A stretch of DNA of 64,000 bases from Eledone cirrhosa (Eukaryota): positions 133,672,001 to 133,736,000 of the forward strand of contig OZ024742.1 in assembly GCA_964016885.1 (NCBI GenBank), in the 5' to 3' direction. Positions 14,138-30,427 of the stretch are shown one piece after another. Under the pieces are notes generated by a model, which was given only the letters and a program-made list of their open reading frames with translations, searched no databases and was not told the DNA's origin. Each line of letters opens with the position of its first letter. Position 1 is the first letter of the stretch. Made by a program: the position numbers and the translations under genes.

Positions 14138-15113
14138 GGGGGGTGTATTCATAAAATGGTAGGAATCTGAAACACGTAATTACCTGTAAAACAGCCCGCT
14201 ACTACTATGCATAGCAAAAATCTTGTCAAAATATAACCCATTTTGAGCGGAGAAAATGTCAGAGTGGAACGGCATCAAAGAAATCGAGTCTAAAGTCAAT
14301 GAGGTGAAATGAGAGAAGGAAGTATGTAGAGAGAATAGCGGGAATGAGAACTTTGAAGCAAATAATTTTTGGAGAATTACGAAGGCTAAACAGTGCAGAA
14401 ATGATGAAGAATAAAAATTAAAAAAGGAAATGAAGTATAGCTTCTTAGGCGTCACATCAGTTTCCTTCTAGCCAACGTTATTTCGTACAATAATAGAATA
14501 TATCAAGTTTTTAAGGCTTCCACGCGCAACAGAATCATAATTTCCGTTGGTGTGACGCTGGTGTAAGGAGAAACAAAACAAGACAAGAGAGCAGTGGAAA
14601 CGCGTCTGAATCCGGCTGCGGCTGACCGAAAAAGAGGGTCTCTTTCATTCTCACGCATACAGTTGAAATAGTACACGAGAAGACAGTGAAAGTAGGGGCA
14701 GTTGTAATGGTAACAGTATGGTAGAAGGTTTGGAGAGAGAGATAGAAATAGATAGTTAAAACAAAGCAAGGGAGCGTAGAAACATGCCTAAATCAGGCTG
14801 CGGCTGACCGACTAAGAGGCAGTTTCCTAAAGAGTCGGAAACAGCAGCAGCTGGCTATAGGACAGCAGTAGCAGCAGTGGTGATAATAAAGTGGGTGGGG
14901 GTGAGAGAGAGAGAGAGACGAAAACAGAGAAAGATTGAAAGAGTTACCTGATCCTGGCACCGTTATCCGCTCATGTTGGAAATCCAAATTGGCTCAATAT
15001 ATGTATATATGTTTATATATGTATATATATATGTTTGTGTGTGTATTCATACATACATATTCATCTATACATATCTACATAAAGACACACACACACACAG
15101 ACACACACACACA

Positions 15114-15260
<147 letters not shown>

Positions 15261-15346
15261 TGCTTAAACTGTAATCTGTTATTTTAATAAATAAATATAT
15301 ATATGAAAGAAATAGGATTTCGCTTCAAGCATATCTTTATACAATA

Positions 15347-15550
15347 TGTATAAATATTTTGTATGTCCAAAGAAATAGAGTTTTAGGAAGCCGTAGCTAT
15401 GCAAACACCTGAGGAAGGCCAGTTAAGCCTGAAATGCATAGACGGTTGTTCCCCTTGCTTCTGCTGGACATCACCAGAAGGCGTTAGCCCCCCGGTGTTT
15501 GCATAGCTACGGCTTCCTAAAACTGTATTTCTTTGGAGATTCAAAATATT

Positions 15551-15556
<6 letters not shown>
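15347..15556. repeat. Fold-back element: about 63-bp inverted arms (15347-15409 / 15494-15556) enclosing a hammerhead core
   Basis: agttttaggaagccgtagctatgcaaacacc versus ggtgtttgcatagctacggcttcctaaaact is perfect, and the arms extend outward with about 3 mismatches. Confidence 0.9.
15408..15441 (+). ncRNA. Hammerhead core (stem I disrupted by the inversion junction)
   Basis: CTGAGGA-aggc(cagttaa)gcct-GAAA-tgca-TA; palindromic stem III ATGCAT. Confidence 0.7.
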
Positions 15557-15619
<63 letters not shown>

Positions 15620-16129
15620 GGCGTGATTTTAAGGCTCACCTATCTCCAGTAACATGTCACACAGCCTAACTGAATCCTAACTCTCTGGAAGATATATTTT
15701 GTAACCACGAATTTACTCGCAAACATAGAAGTACGTATTTTATCTGAAAACTTTCAATTTTTACACTAAATATCATCATTATATAGATTTGTTCTCTAAT
15801 ACCCTCAAATAGTCAAATATCAAAACACTTTTGCACATTTGAAGAAAAAATATATTATTTAATCAACACGCTTGCAACAAACGAAATTGGTATGAGAATG
15901 GAATCAACCACCTCATAAATGTTTTTTTTTCTCCCAAACTGAAAATGCAGACGTTTCATGTATGAATGAATAATATTGAAAAAAAACCCACTAATTCCAG
16001 AATTCATACAAACAGAAACACTATTATCAGAAAAATAAAAAGAAGAACAAGCAAAAATCAATACGAATTCTGCCAACAACAACACATACATTCGACTACT
16101 ATTGCACCGCTAAAATCCCAAATATATAA

Positions 16130-17650
16130 TGTCCAATAATGCATGAAGACCATCCTCAAAAACTAAAGAACAGCTGAGGAAGAATGGGCCATTGAAGAAA
16201 TCTAACGCAATCCCCAACTGGTCTTTTTATTTGCCAAAAAAAAACAAAAAAGAAAAAAACAAGGTCACTCTCACCACAGTCGGTCTTCCTATTGATGAAA
16301 ATGGGACTCTCAACGACAATGCTAAAAAGTAGCAATAATGATTAGTTTTCAACAATCTTATGGCTGATCGGTGCTGTAACAGTGATCTTAATTCCCAACA
16401 ACATATATCTTACATAATGTTTGGCGCCTTTGATTTCTCATCTGCAATATACACAACTCAGCAGTCGGTAACAAATGGTTCCCTGCTTGTTTCCTGAAGG
16501 TGTTTCAACACCAAATTGCATCTGCTAATCTCTTGAGGAACTCACTTAATGCAGGCTATATGCCTGTAAATGTTCTGTCCCAGTTTTTGGGGAAAAAAAA
16601 GAAGAAAAAGTCAGTGAATTTCCGATCTCACTCACTTGAGAATCATTAAGGTATTTGTGAGGGTAGTGAGAACACGAATTACTTACTTCCTTGAAAGTAA
16701 CATTTAGCTGAACTCCAACCAACATGGATTCCGTAATCTCGGGGACTACACAATGCAGCTCCTGCATACTTTTAATGAAAAATTAAGTGTTTTGTGAGAG
16801 GGCTCCAGCCTCTGATGCCATATACCTTGATCTCAGCAAATCCTTTGAGAGTGGTGTTCAGAACATCGTCTTGAACAACAGTCCAACATTGGTAACTCTG
16901 GAAAGTTAACACAGTGGATCAAGTATTTCTTGATAAACAGGGCCCAACATATTGTGGTCGAAGGAATACAATCAAGCTCAACCAATGTCAGCTGTGCCGT
17001 CTTACAACGCACTGTGTAGGGTCCAAATATCTTCATTATTTATATCAATGAACGGCAGTGGATTGGCAGTATTGGTAGAGAGACGGACACCATGGTTTTA
17101 GCATAGAGTTACGGCCCTTTATGATCTGAGTTCAAATCCCGCCGAGGTTAACTTTGCCTTTCATCCTTACGGGGTCGATAAAATAAAGTACCAGTAATAC
17201 ACTGGGATAATTGCTGGCCTTGTGCCAAAAGTAGAAAGAATTATTTATATCAATGACATTATTAACAAACACAGCAACGTAAGGAACTTTGCAGATGTTT
17301 CCAAGCGCCGGAATCTCATCAGTGGTTTGGGAGACGGGGAAATACTTCAATCACACCAAATCGCTGTTATCCAATGAGCAAAAAGAACAAAACAAAACAA
17401 TATGCTACTGAACGCGGATCAATTTGAAATAATCCACTTTGGAAAATGAGGTTGTCCTGAACTATCATATTCTGTTTCCTCAGCTGAAACCCTCGTGGCA
17501 TCCGACAAACCGCTGAACTTAGTGTAATCGTTGATAACAACATAAGCTGAACTAGGAGAGCAAGACGTGTTCTTGAATTCTATGAACTTTCCGAACATTC
17601 CAGTAAACTGATATCCCTACAATTATCATCATTACTTCTGCTCGCTGTTC
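16130..17650 (+). mobile_element. Decayed CR1/Jockey-group LINE ORF2 (RT) remnant
   Basis: 16890-17050 translates GKLTQWIKYFLINRAQHIVVEGIQSSSTNVSCAVLQRTV*GPNIFIIYIND (compare GVPQGSVLGPxLFxIYIND). After the SINE come NFADVSK (FADD), NMLLNADQFEIIHFGK and VIVDNNIS. Confidence 0.75.
17052..17239 (+). mobile_element. Deu/Nin-domain SINE with 17-bp TSD inside the LINE RT
   Basis: attatttatatcaatga at 17035-17051 and 17240-17256 flanks a full SINE copy. Confidence 0.93.
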
Positions 17651-17799
17651 ATCCTAAATTTGACAGTTCCTTTTTATCAAATGAAAAAGGTGAATTCCTC
17701 ATACAAAAATAGATTTATTGGAAGAAGAAAAAGTGACTTGAAAATTAAAACAATCAGAAAAGAAAATACACTCCAAGAAGCCACCCTCAGAATCCATCA

Positions 17800-18830
17800 C
17801 GGCTCGATCTGCTTCCGCAATCTGGCACATGTAGCCATCACGGTGTCCCGAGGGTGACCCTCAGACGCCTCCCTAATCCTGTCGACTAGCTAGGAGTTCA
17901 TGTTACAGGCCATGTGGATGGTGTATTTCTCAACCACGTCCCGCATATAATAATACAGAGGATTGCAATCAGGTGAGATAGGTGGCTAAACGTTGGGGCT
18001 GTCGAAGTTGTAAGCTTCTCTGACAACCACTTCTGATTCTTCCGAGAGGTGTGGCAGAGAGATGAAACCTGCTTCCAAACAGATGGTCTTTCAGAAGCCA
18101 CTATCTACAACCAAGACAATCAGCAATTCCACATAGCCAAACTAATAGAGTTTTGACACTCTGTTCAAAGATGTGAGGTGGCATGGTATCACCCTTATTG
18201 TATATGAAAACCGTTACAGATTATGGAAACTTTATCTTCATGTCACGACGAACGTCATATGGATTGTTAGCAAGCTATATGTTCTGGGTGTTGAGCATCT
18301 GGTCCTAACAAACATTCTCTTCATCAGAGAAGAAGCAGATTATCCCTAGTTCAACAGGATGTTTCATTTGGTTCAGCAATTTCTTTGCTCTTATTAGATG
18401 TTTTTTGTTAGCATTTACCGTAAGAAGTTGGCCTTTATGCCTCTTGTATCAGTGGTAGTGGGGGTCGTTATTCAAGGCCAGATTCGTGGTGGAAGCTGTA
18501 ACACAAATCTCGCATTCTCTTGCCTGGGCGCTCCATTACTTACTCCAGCAGTTGCTGGATAAATTCTGGTTCCCGGAGGCATTCAGAACTTCTGCTGTGT
18601 TCTCCCCAACACACCAAGGCCTCGTAATCACCATTGGAGCTCTTCATTTGACGTCTTATTGCTTTCACATTATTTAAAGAGCATTGAACAGCTGTCCTAA
18701 TTGATGCCCAGAACGAAGTATCATGATGCATGTGTTACCCTTTTCCAATATTCAGTTTCAGGTTTCCACTTGTCCATTTCAGGTAACTTTGAAATCTTCA
18801 AACTATAGTCATTATGTTTCACAATGCCTT
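17800..18830 (-). mobile_element. Possible very decayed non-LTR (RTE-like) remnant
   Basis: Weak minus-strand similarities only (ILCIIICGTWL resembling LLYGCETW; a QG-x-T-like segment near 18200). Confidence 0.3.
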
Positions 18831-19015
18831 TCCCCTTTCACAGATTGGCGTCCGGCCCTCTACCGATACTGCCAATCCACCGATAATGTGTTCCAATTGT
18901 TCATGCATTACACTTTACATTGAGTATTATTGAAATGCAGAGTTTTTCTCCACAAATTATATCACTGATATAAAATCAATCATCACTTTCTTACAAAAAA
19001 AAAAAAAGAGTGAAA

Positions 19016-19043
19016 CGCAGCAAGGTGCGGGTAATTCGGCTAG
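19016..19043 (+). mobile_element. Helitron 3' terminus (hairpin + CTAG|T)
   Basis: cgca-gcaagg-tgcg hairpin, 10 nt, then CTAG followed by (TA)n; 5' end not located. Confidence 0.55.
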
Positions 19044-19629
19044 TATATATATATATATCGATACATAAATATATGGAATTATCTTCAATTATTTTATTCT
19101 AATATCCTTTACAGTCGATTAAATCATATCCTGAAACGGAATAATTTCCCGAACAGCCCTGTTTTTCGACATTTGTCCCCAACGTTTGCTAACCTCCTGC
19201 TGACTATCTACCACGTTATATTTTGAAATTGCCACTGGTACAGATAATTCGAAGTATGTTTATATACTCACCTACAAAAATTATGATTGCAAACGCGGCA
19301 ACTACTATACTTCTCGTGCACCCTTTCATTAAGTATGTTTGGTCTGGGGATATCTGACAGACTTCAATGAAAATAATCAGCCTGTCCAAGATTGCTTATG
19401 TGTCTTCGATATGCATTACCTTCTATGCATTAGAAACCACTTGGTCTGATTAATTATTGGATTTTATTAATTAATCAATTTTGCTTTGTTCATGCAGCGT
19501 TGTCACCCCACTAATTTTAATGAATCCACTCAAGAATCTATTTCTCGTCAGATTGAATGAATGTTTAGCAACATTAATTTGCTCGATTTCTGCTGCCGGC
19601 TAGTTAATCAAAATCGATTAATTTCGATG

Positions 19630-19682
<53 letters not shown>

Positions 19683-19726
19683 ATGTGTGTGTGTGCGTGT
19701 GTGTGTGTGTGTGTGTTTTAGTGTGT

Positions 19727-19795
<69 letters not shown>

Positions 19796-20998
19796 GACAT
19801 ATATACGAGTGTGAGTATTTATATATATTTTATATACATATGCTTATATATATATGCAGAGAAAGAGAGGGGGGCATGTGTGTATTTGTAGAGAGTGAGA
19901 GCGAGATAGAAGGATATGGTTTACTAAAGTGAGAGATAGATAGGGTTGCCAGTTAAGAGAGTCGATTTGGAATAGTGCAGAGGTCACGGCAAAATACGAA
20001 GAATTCATTTCTAACAATATTTTGCCGTAGTTATTTCTTAGCTGAATAAATGTATCGGTCAAATAGCCATCATTTTTATTAGAACCCATTGCTCCATTAT
20101 TTTCCTGTTTGCTAAAAAAATTCTCATTAAAATCATTATAGTTTATTTTTCATTCAATCCATTAGCTTTCTGAATTAATTAATACATTAATCAGGTGTTT
20201 CGATGATATATGGGTATCTCGTAAAGAGTTAAATGTATGAGTTTTACGTTGGTGCATAATTCTAGATGTAGGAAAACTTATGGTCATTTCTTTCAGTGAA
20301 ATCATGTAGAACAGACCTAATATAAAAGGCGAATCACAAATATCCATATTTGAATAATGACGCCAAGTTTTTGTTATGTAATAATCATCGTTGCACTTTT
20401 TCTAGAAGGCGTAGTAAAGCTATATATTTATTTGTCATTTACTGACAGCAAAATGACCTTACACAGGCACACACATTGTAAAATATTAAGGAGTTGGACC
20501 TAATTTCAAATACAATGAAGCTACACAAATTTGGTGGATGTACATATTTGGTGTTTCTCTATAGCTATACAATATGAATATCTTTACCACCGCCACAAGT
20601 TTTACCTGTTTTACAATTATACTACATACAATCACGATTAATCTTCCTACTACTACAATTGAAATACAAAATAATACTATTGAACCGGGCAATAAAATAA
20701 TGAATAATATCAGCATCAACACTATAAACCCCTTCAAACTATTCATCACTAAATTCGTTATAAATAACTATTGAAAAACATGTCACGCAATAATCCTGTT
20801 CATTTAACGCACGATTATATTATAACAAAGAATTCCACAGAGAATCTGAAGTCTCTAATATGCTTCTATTCCAAATTCAACCTACGTGTAACGTATTACT
20901 CTCTTCAGCTGCATATACGTAAATACAATTATGCAACTCTACAATACAAATTATGCACTCTATCTCTCATTCTATCTATCTTGCTCACATCTATTTCA

Positions 20999-21058
<60 letters not shown>

Positions 21059-21068
21059 ACACACACAA

Positions 21069-22356
<1,288 letters not shown>

Positions 22357-22642
22357 ACTGTCAATTGAACTGGTGCCAAATCAGATTGAAGACATTTAAG
22401 GAACATTGCCAATTCTGAAAGTATAATGAACGGTTCCATTCAACACTAAAGTTACTAGATGGTCACATTTTAACATTTAGATTTACATCAGTATAACTAA
22501 ATACTTTCGTGTGAGGACATATACACGATATATATTCGCAAAAACACATAAAACATGCCCGTATGCACACAATCGCAAAAACTTATACACAGCCACAACC
22601 ATATGTGTGACTGTCTATATGTGTGCTTGTAGTAACATACAC

Positions 22643-22726
<84 letters not shown>

Positions 22727-22863
22727 ATATATATATATATATCATTTTGTTTATAAATAACCATATATGTGTATTTTATATCTCCCATATACAATACACA
22801 ATAGTACACATCATTTTTTTGCACTCTCTCAACATCTCCCCCTTCCCTTTCTTTGTATCTATC

Positions 22864-22985
<122 letters not shown>

Positions 22986-23187
22986 TATATATAAAGATAA
23001 TGATAACAATAATAATATTACTTCAAGGGTAAAGAATTGTCTATATACATAAACACGCACGCACACACATACACACGCACGCACATACATACACACACAC
23101 AACCCCCCCCCCCATATATATATGTATATAGACAATTTCTTACCCTTGAAATAATAATGTATATATATATACATTATATATATATAC

Positions 23188-23269
<82 letters not shown>

Positions 23270-25428
23270 TATTTCTTGCCAATATATATTTATATTGAAT
23301 TGAAGCTCTATACAAAACTTAAAATTCTTCATATGATTTACGTTTTGAAGCAAGAGGCATAACTAAGAGTTAACACAAAATAATGATACACTGAAAAATA
23401 TAACTCTGCTCAGCTTAAAACAATAATTTTCCCTTTCTAAGTGAAGCATGTTCTTCAAACACCATAGTGTAGCAGCGACGAGAATGACACACTAATTATG
23501 TGTATACAATAATTACAATAGTATTCATAGAAATATGTAATATTTTAAAGAAGATACATTAAGGTATACATTTTTAAACCGCCTCAACCAACATGAAAAC
23601 CAGTGGTTAACTTAGTGAAAAATTGGTAAAAGCTCTTATGTTAAACAAACCGAATGAATATAAAGTTGTTTTGAGAAAACATAATTTCTCATCATTCAAT
23701 GTTATTTCGTTTCTTTCACGAAGTATGCTATACAAAACTGAACGTTACCATATATCCTCGGCAATGTATAAGCTGTAGAGTTCGCCTGTGTTCTCATGAT
23801 TAAAGCATTAATCATATGTAAAAAATAGCTTTGAAGACATAGACAATTAGCAACCTGTAAAAATAAGCAAGGGGAAAACCTAATTTCGACATAATAGAAC
23901 ATATTCAAATTAAATTTCGGAAAATCATTAGTGTTTTCTGTTGTTGTTTAGTGCTTACGATGTTTTTGCTTCATAATGATCCAAAACATACAAATGTTAT
24001 CATCTGTTATTCCATACATATATATTAATGAAATAATAATAATGAAATGATTGTGTACAGTGCTCAGGTGAATCAAATGTACGTTTATAGTACATAGAAT
24101 AATATACAAACGTCAGGGTCGTGAATAGTGTATGAGTCTTGATATACATGTGTGCGTGTGTATGGAGGGCGAATATTAGGTGTAGTGTTGACGAATCTCA
24201 GGAAGCATGGAGTTTTTAAAGGATGCGGTGTCTCGACAGCTAATAACTGATGCAGGTAGTTTGTTCCATATATGTGTGTGTATATGTGTGTGTGTGAAAA
24301 AAATTGGGTTTGCACGGTTTTAAAATATGTAATATTATCACACTTTATATCATTTAACCAAGCTATTCCTCATAGTTAATTTTTTTTGCTATAAGGAAAT
24401 AATACTAGGACTAAATAATTTCATTTATTTCTTTTGGAATCCTCGTGGATAGCGGACAAAATTATATGAGTGAAACATGTAAAATTAACTTTTCAATTTC
24501 ACTTACATTGAAAATACTTATGAAGACATATTTTTTTCATAATTAAGTTTGTCTACTGAAACGAGTATATAAATCAATTCCGTTTCGTCCTATACTCGGT
24601 ATATAATATGAACTACCTCTGGAAATATGGTTTAAGTTTTCCTTTGGTGACGAACGCAGTAGGTGGAAAATACTTTTAATTCTTAATTACTGATTACATT
24701 CAAGTATATCTTAACGTAGAGACTTGAGCATTTTTCATTTGTATACATTTTATTGTATTAGGATTGCTAAAATGTTGGAATATATGAATCGATAGGACTA
24801 CTTGAGATTTATGAAATATAACCTGTCATTACCACTGTCTAATGCTTCCAGCACGAATACACTTGAAGCTAAATGGTAGATTTGACATAACTGAACATTA
24901 TTACCCGCAGGTAGTAATTGTCAATTGGTGTAAACAGACACGTCACTATACATTTGAAAATTGATGCGTCAAATTTCACAACTTAGTTGATATCCTCCTC
25001 CTTGTCGCATTCAAGAACACAATGAGGAATTATAAATATTCCCCATGTGTATTGATCTTTTGAATCTTTACAGAAGAGTCGAGTGTTGTTTCAGCTATAC
25101 AGCTGATTTATAGAACTAACCACCACTAGACCTACGACCGTCCTCACTTAATGTTGATTATTCAAACGGCGAATTACTATTATCAGTGATGTATATAATT
25201 CAAATTCGAGCGAACAGTTTCTCGTATAGTACTGCGTTGATACTATACTGTGAGGAATGTATAATATAACATATAAATATATATACATATGTATGTATAT
25301 ATATATATATATATATTGGTAAAAGGAAAAGAAAATGCTGACAAATTGTTCCCAGTGAAAAATAGTTTAATTAGGAATAAGTAAAAATTAGTAATAAGTA
25401 TTGGTTAGTATTCAGTTTTAGTTGTAAG

Positions 25429-25465
25429 TTTTTACCGGTTGCGCATTTCTAATGATTTTCAAAAA
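25429..25465 (-). ncRNA. Variant hammerhead in the inverted pLTR (U3:A8, C13)
   Basis: ttt-TTGAAAA-tcatt(aga)aatgc-GCAA-ccgg-TA-aaa. Confidence 0.55.
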
Positions 25466-25993
25466 TAATTTTTAAATAGAGCACCCATGATGTTTGCTCT
25501 AATCTGATTAGTTTTGGAAATTCTACCTCTTTAATGTGAAAAAAGTGGCTCCAGAGGTATTAAACTAAGTTTCGCGCCAATTCGTGTTGCAAAAATTCTT
25601 GTGGTCAAAACAATTTTGATTGGTTGGTAGAGGTCACTTGAATGTTAAAAATTTATTTTGCGCCAAAGTAGGTTTGTCGAAGAGTGTCCTTTTTCGCCTG
25701 ATTGAGAAGTCACTGAAAAATAAGTCTTTTAAGACAAATATGTGTGTGTGTGTGTGTGTGTAGTAAAGAGGTTCATTGTTGTGATAATGGTCAGTAGGGA
25801 TGTGTGTGTGACTTGCAGTCATGTTGAAAGGTCAACAGTTCAGGTGCCTATTAAGACAAATGTGAGTGTGTGTGTGTGTGTGTAGCAGAGTAATTCGTGG
25901 TAGAGGGATCGGTCAGTAGGAATGTGTCTGTACGTGTGTGGGGGATATTTTAACATGTTGAAAGATATATTTCAGCTCTTGTCTTATACGGAG

Positions 25994-26033
<40 letters not shown>

Positions 26034-26643
26034 ATATATGTCTATTTGTATGTTAGTGTACGCGTGTGTATGCGTGTGTGTATATATATGTGTGTGTGTG
26101 TGTATATGTGTGTATGTGTGTGTGGACGAGTATTTTTGTGATACTGGTAAAAATGGTGTACATTATTCGATATTTTCAGCAAAAACGATTCTCTCAAGAG
26201 AACATCAAAAACATTAATATTAAAAGGTGTGAAATGATATATAGTATTGTCATAACATCAAGGTGTGTGTGAGTGTCCAGATTGTACATACTGCAAGGGG
26301 AATCCATTAGGCCCCGCCGTATTGGAACACTTGTGTACAAATATGTATGTGCCCATCAGTGTGCAATGCATGTGTGCGTATATGTATGTGTGTCGGCACG
26401 TTTATATCTATAGACATCAAAAGGTATGCAAATTTGTGTATATTTGTGTAAAATCAATTTTTAACATTCACGTGACCTCTACCGACCAATCAAAATTGTT
26501 TTGACCACAAGAATTTTTGCAACACGAATTGGCGCGAAACTTATTTTAATACCTCTAGAGCCACTTTTTTCACATAAAACAGGTAGAAGTTCCAAAACCA
26601 ATCAGATTAGAGCAAACATCACGGGCGCTCTATCTCAACATTA

Positions 26644-26679
26644 TTTTTGAAAAGTATTAGTAATGCGCAACTGGTAAAA
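26644..26679 (+). ncRNA. Variant hammerhead in the 5' direct pLTR (U3:A8, C13)
   Basis: ttt-TTGAAAA-gtatt(agt)aatgc-GCAA-ctgg-TA-aaa. Confidence 0.55.
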
Positions 26680-26860
26680 ACTTACAACTAAAACTGAATA
26701 CTAACCAATACTTATTACTAATTTTTACTTATTCCTAATTAAACTATTTTTCACTGAGAACAATTTGTCAGCATTTTCTTTTCCTTTTACCAATATATCA
26801 CAACTCGTGTGTTACACCTCTATTCTTTTAAATATCATATCCTCACACGAGATACAGAAA

Positions 26861-29800
26861 ATGCCAACAAAAACAGATGTAACTCTTATCAACACAAATA
26901 AAGAGATTCTACAGGAACTCAAGAAAATTAACACTAACCTATCTGTGCTGGTCGATAAACTTGACTCCATAAATGAGGAAACCGTCACCGGATACAAACC
27001 ACCCGAAATCGGCGATAAACTTCAAAACCTTTGCGATACTATCCAAACTATGTTCACTACTACCAACCCCGGAAAAACCAACGTAGAACCATATGAGATT
27101 GATTCATACAAAATGAAAATTCGAACAATTCCAAAATGGAACAAATCCCTCAGAGACAGAAAGTTCTCATTCTGGTAGATGATACAAAATCACAACAAAG
27201 CGGAGATATACGAAAAATGGCTTAACTCAACCCCTCTAACTCTCCCCCGTAAAATACAAATACAGTCCATTCCAAATGAACCAGAACCTCAAAGACACCT
27301 TAGGGAAAGAATGGCACTGGAAAAAAATGAAGACAGAAATTGCACTTCTTAAATTGAGGGCCCAGAGAAATGAAGAAAAAATTCAAACCATTGATGAAGA
27401 GATCCTCCTGGAAATCAACAATAAGACTGAAGGCCCCAAGGTGGAGAAAATCTCTAAATTATGGAAAGGGGACTGCAACAGAGAAGAATTGAAATCCCTT
27501 CAACGCTGGGAAAAAAGTGCCGCTTGGTTCCTAAACTATGAATCGACTTTTCAAATGGATTACACCTCCAATAACCTGTTCATAAAAATAGGAAAACCCA
27601 TAACGTACACCGCACAACAACTTCGCAAACCCCCCAACCACTAACAAAAGAAGAAGAAAGCACCACACCGAAGATGAACTACCCAACCTCGCTTCCATAA
27701 GAAGGAACAAAAACCCTAGAAATCATCACTCCCAGTATGACATTTACAATTTTCTCCCTTCAAGGAGACACCATACCAAATCTCTCAACTACTACGCAGA
27801 TGCCTCATCGTCAAACATAGGGAAAATATACCACTACCATGAAAGATGTAACAACTTCCCCGCTTCAAGGGGACAGCAAGGTAATTTCCATTTTCTCAAC
27901 TCTCGCTTCCACAATACACAACAAACCCACACCACACGATACAACCAACAACGTAGGCCACCTATAGCAACACAATCCAACATGGCACATAGAAACACAC
28001 ATCTATACTCGCAATACAGAAACACCCCATTCAATCTACAACCACGAATCCGAACCACATTTTACAACAACAAGGAATATAACAAACACAGGAGACAACC
28101 CCTCTACCCCAACGATTTTTTAGACACAGCACACAGATACAGGCAAACAAAATAACACAAGACAGGGAGGAGAAACCGAGAGTAATAAAAATTATCAATC
28201 TAACTAGTGCAGAACCAACACCCAACCTATCAACTTACTCTCCAAAGGTCTTACATTCACACCGACCCCACTACGTACTAACTACTATGAAATGAAAGAA
28301 GACATCACAGACTTCTGTAGAAAGTTATGACTAAGTGAACAACTATTCGACCAGTACAATGAGGATGAATCATTAGCCAGAAATAGAAGCAACTACACCC
28401 GATCAAAAGGTAGGAATAAAATCCTGGACGAATTCTGTGAACACATCACAAACTTATCTTACCAACACTTGCACAGACAAAAACACAAGCCAAACCTCAA
28501 CAAGAAAGAATGGGAAGAATTAAATAGATTAAAAACCGACAGAAACATTACAATTAAAGAGGCCGAAAAAGGGAGTACAGTAGTCCTAATGGAGACAGAA
28601 TTCTATATCAACTTAGCGCTCTCCACTTTGGAAAAGGAAACATACTACGAAAAGGTTGAACACTACAATCAACAGAAAATTATGAGAAACCTAAAAACTC
28701 TGATTAACCAATACAAAGAAGGACGCTCTAACAAAGAATTCAGCTTCATCACAGACTTCACAAGTAAAACCAGCATTTTCTACGGTATCCCTAAAGTACA
28801 TAACAGCGAATTAATAAGTAAGGCATGCAAGGAAGCCACAGACATATTCATCAATGTCCCCTCACCCAATGATCTCAAATTAAGACCTATAATAGCCGGC
28901 CCCGATTGCTAAATCCACCGCCTTAGCAACTTCATTGATACCCTTCGCAAGCCTTTTCTCAAACACATCAAAAGCTATATAAGATATGCTCAATCACCTC
29001 CTTAATATGCCCATTTCTGAACAAACCCTACTAGTGCCGTTCGATCTAGTCAACCTATACTCCAACATCCCCCACAACCTAGGAATAGAAGCTATCCAAT
29101 TCTAGCTGGATAAGTACCACAATGAAATCCCACAACGCATCAAAAAAGAATTCGTGATAGAGGGACACAAATTTATCTTGGAGAACAATTACTTCGTTTT
29201 CAATAACAAATCCTACAGGCAGAAATCTGGGACCGCTATGGGAACGAAAACAGCCCCCACTTATGCCAATCTAGTCATGGGATACCTGGAAATCACCCTC
29301 TACACTAAAGTACTAAACAAATTTGGAAACACTCTCCACTTACACATAGAAAATAACTGGAAGCAATATCTAGATGACTGCTTCATCCTTTGGCACGAAA
29401 ACTTCGAGCAAACTTAAAGAATTTCACACCCTTATAAATGGGCTCAACACGAATATTAACTTTACGATGGAATACAGCCATCAACATCTCACCTTCCTCG
29501 ACATCCTCATTAAGATTCATAACAAAAAAATAAAATAGACATATACTAGAAGCCTACAGACTCCAAGCAATATCTTCCTTTCAACTCTTGCCACCCTAGA
29601 CACGTTAAAATTAATATTCCCTACAACTTAGCCAAGAGAATCTGTACTATAGTATCCAATAAAAACACCTGTTACTTACGGCTACAAGAATCAAAGGACA
29701 CACTCATAGGCAGGGACTACCCTGCATCACTAATTGACAATGGAATCCAACGTGCCCTAAACTCAGTACCCAGGACCTTAGACACCCTAAAGTAAATCAA

Positions 29801-30427
29801 CCGAAACTAAAAGCTCTTCCATACATCTCCACACACAACCCCCTCAACAATGATGCATTTGTCACCATCCTCCAGAACATCCCTGTGTTAAAAAAGGACC
29901 ATAGAATGAACCACATCCTTCGAACACACGATATCATAAACAGCAAAAGACAATCTAAGTCAATGAAAAACATCCTAACACATGCCAAAGTACTGCCAAC
30001 CATAACAATGAAACACACAGTAAAAAAATACGATAGACCCAACTGTGTCATATACATCAACCTAATAGAGGGTTCGGAATTCTATTTCAAACAAGGACAA
30101 CGTTTTATAGTAAAACACAATTTCACATGCGCATCAGAAAATCTAATATATGTATTAACTTGCTCAGGTTGTCGAGAACAATACATAGGCCAGACCAAAA
30201 ACAGCCTCCGCCAACGCATGACAGTCCATAGATCTCAAATTAAAATACGGGAATACAGGAAAATACCACTGAGTGGACACATTGATACCTTTGCCACCCC
30301 AAAACATCCCAAATTTAGAATCTTTCCCCTCTACAAATTTAAAGATAATGCCACCCACACCCAGCGCATCAGCGAGGAATCTCACTTTATTAACAAATAC
30401 GAACCCAGTCTAAACACTTCTCCCTAA
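26861..30427 (+). pseudogene. PLE polyprotein pseudogene: reverse transcriptase + C-terminal GIY-YIG endonuclease, multiple stops and frameshifts
   Basis: Motifs FYGIPKVH, LRPIIAG, FDLVNLYSNIP, YRQKSGTAMGTKTAPTYANLVM, YLDDCF, LPFLDILI, KPTDSKQYLPFNSCHP, NLIYVLTCSGCREQYIGQTKNSLRQRMTVH, ESHFINKYEPSLN. CxxC inside the EN and a decayed Cys linker (RPNC) suggest the Neptune clade. Confidence 0.93.

Noticed and set aside
14796-14851. GC-rich hairpin with CTGACCGA...GAAAC
   Set aside because: Simple stem-loop; the core does not fit CUGANGA and there is no NUH with stem III.
17300-17325. CTGATGA...GAAAC on minus strand
   Set aside because: Falls in the LINE RT FADD region with no stems; chance match. 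The same applies to CTGATGA at about 35165 (gypsy RT), 18322, 61030 and 63440 (SINE tail).
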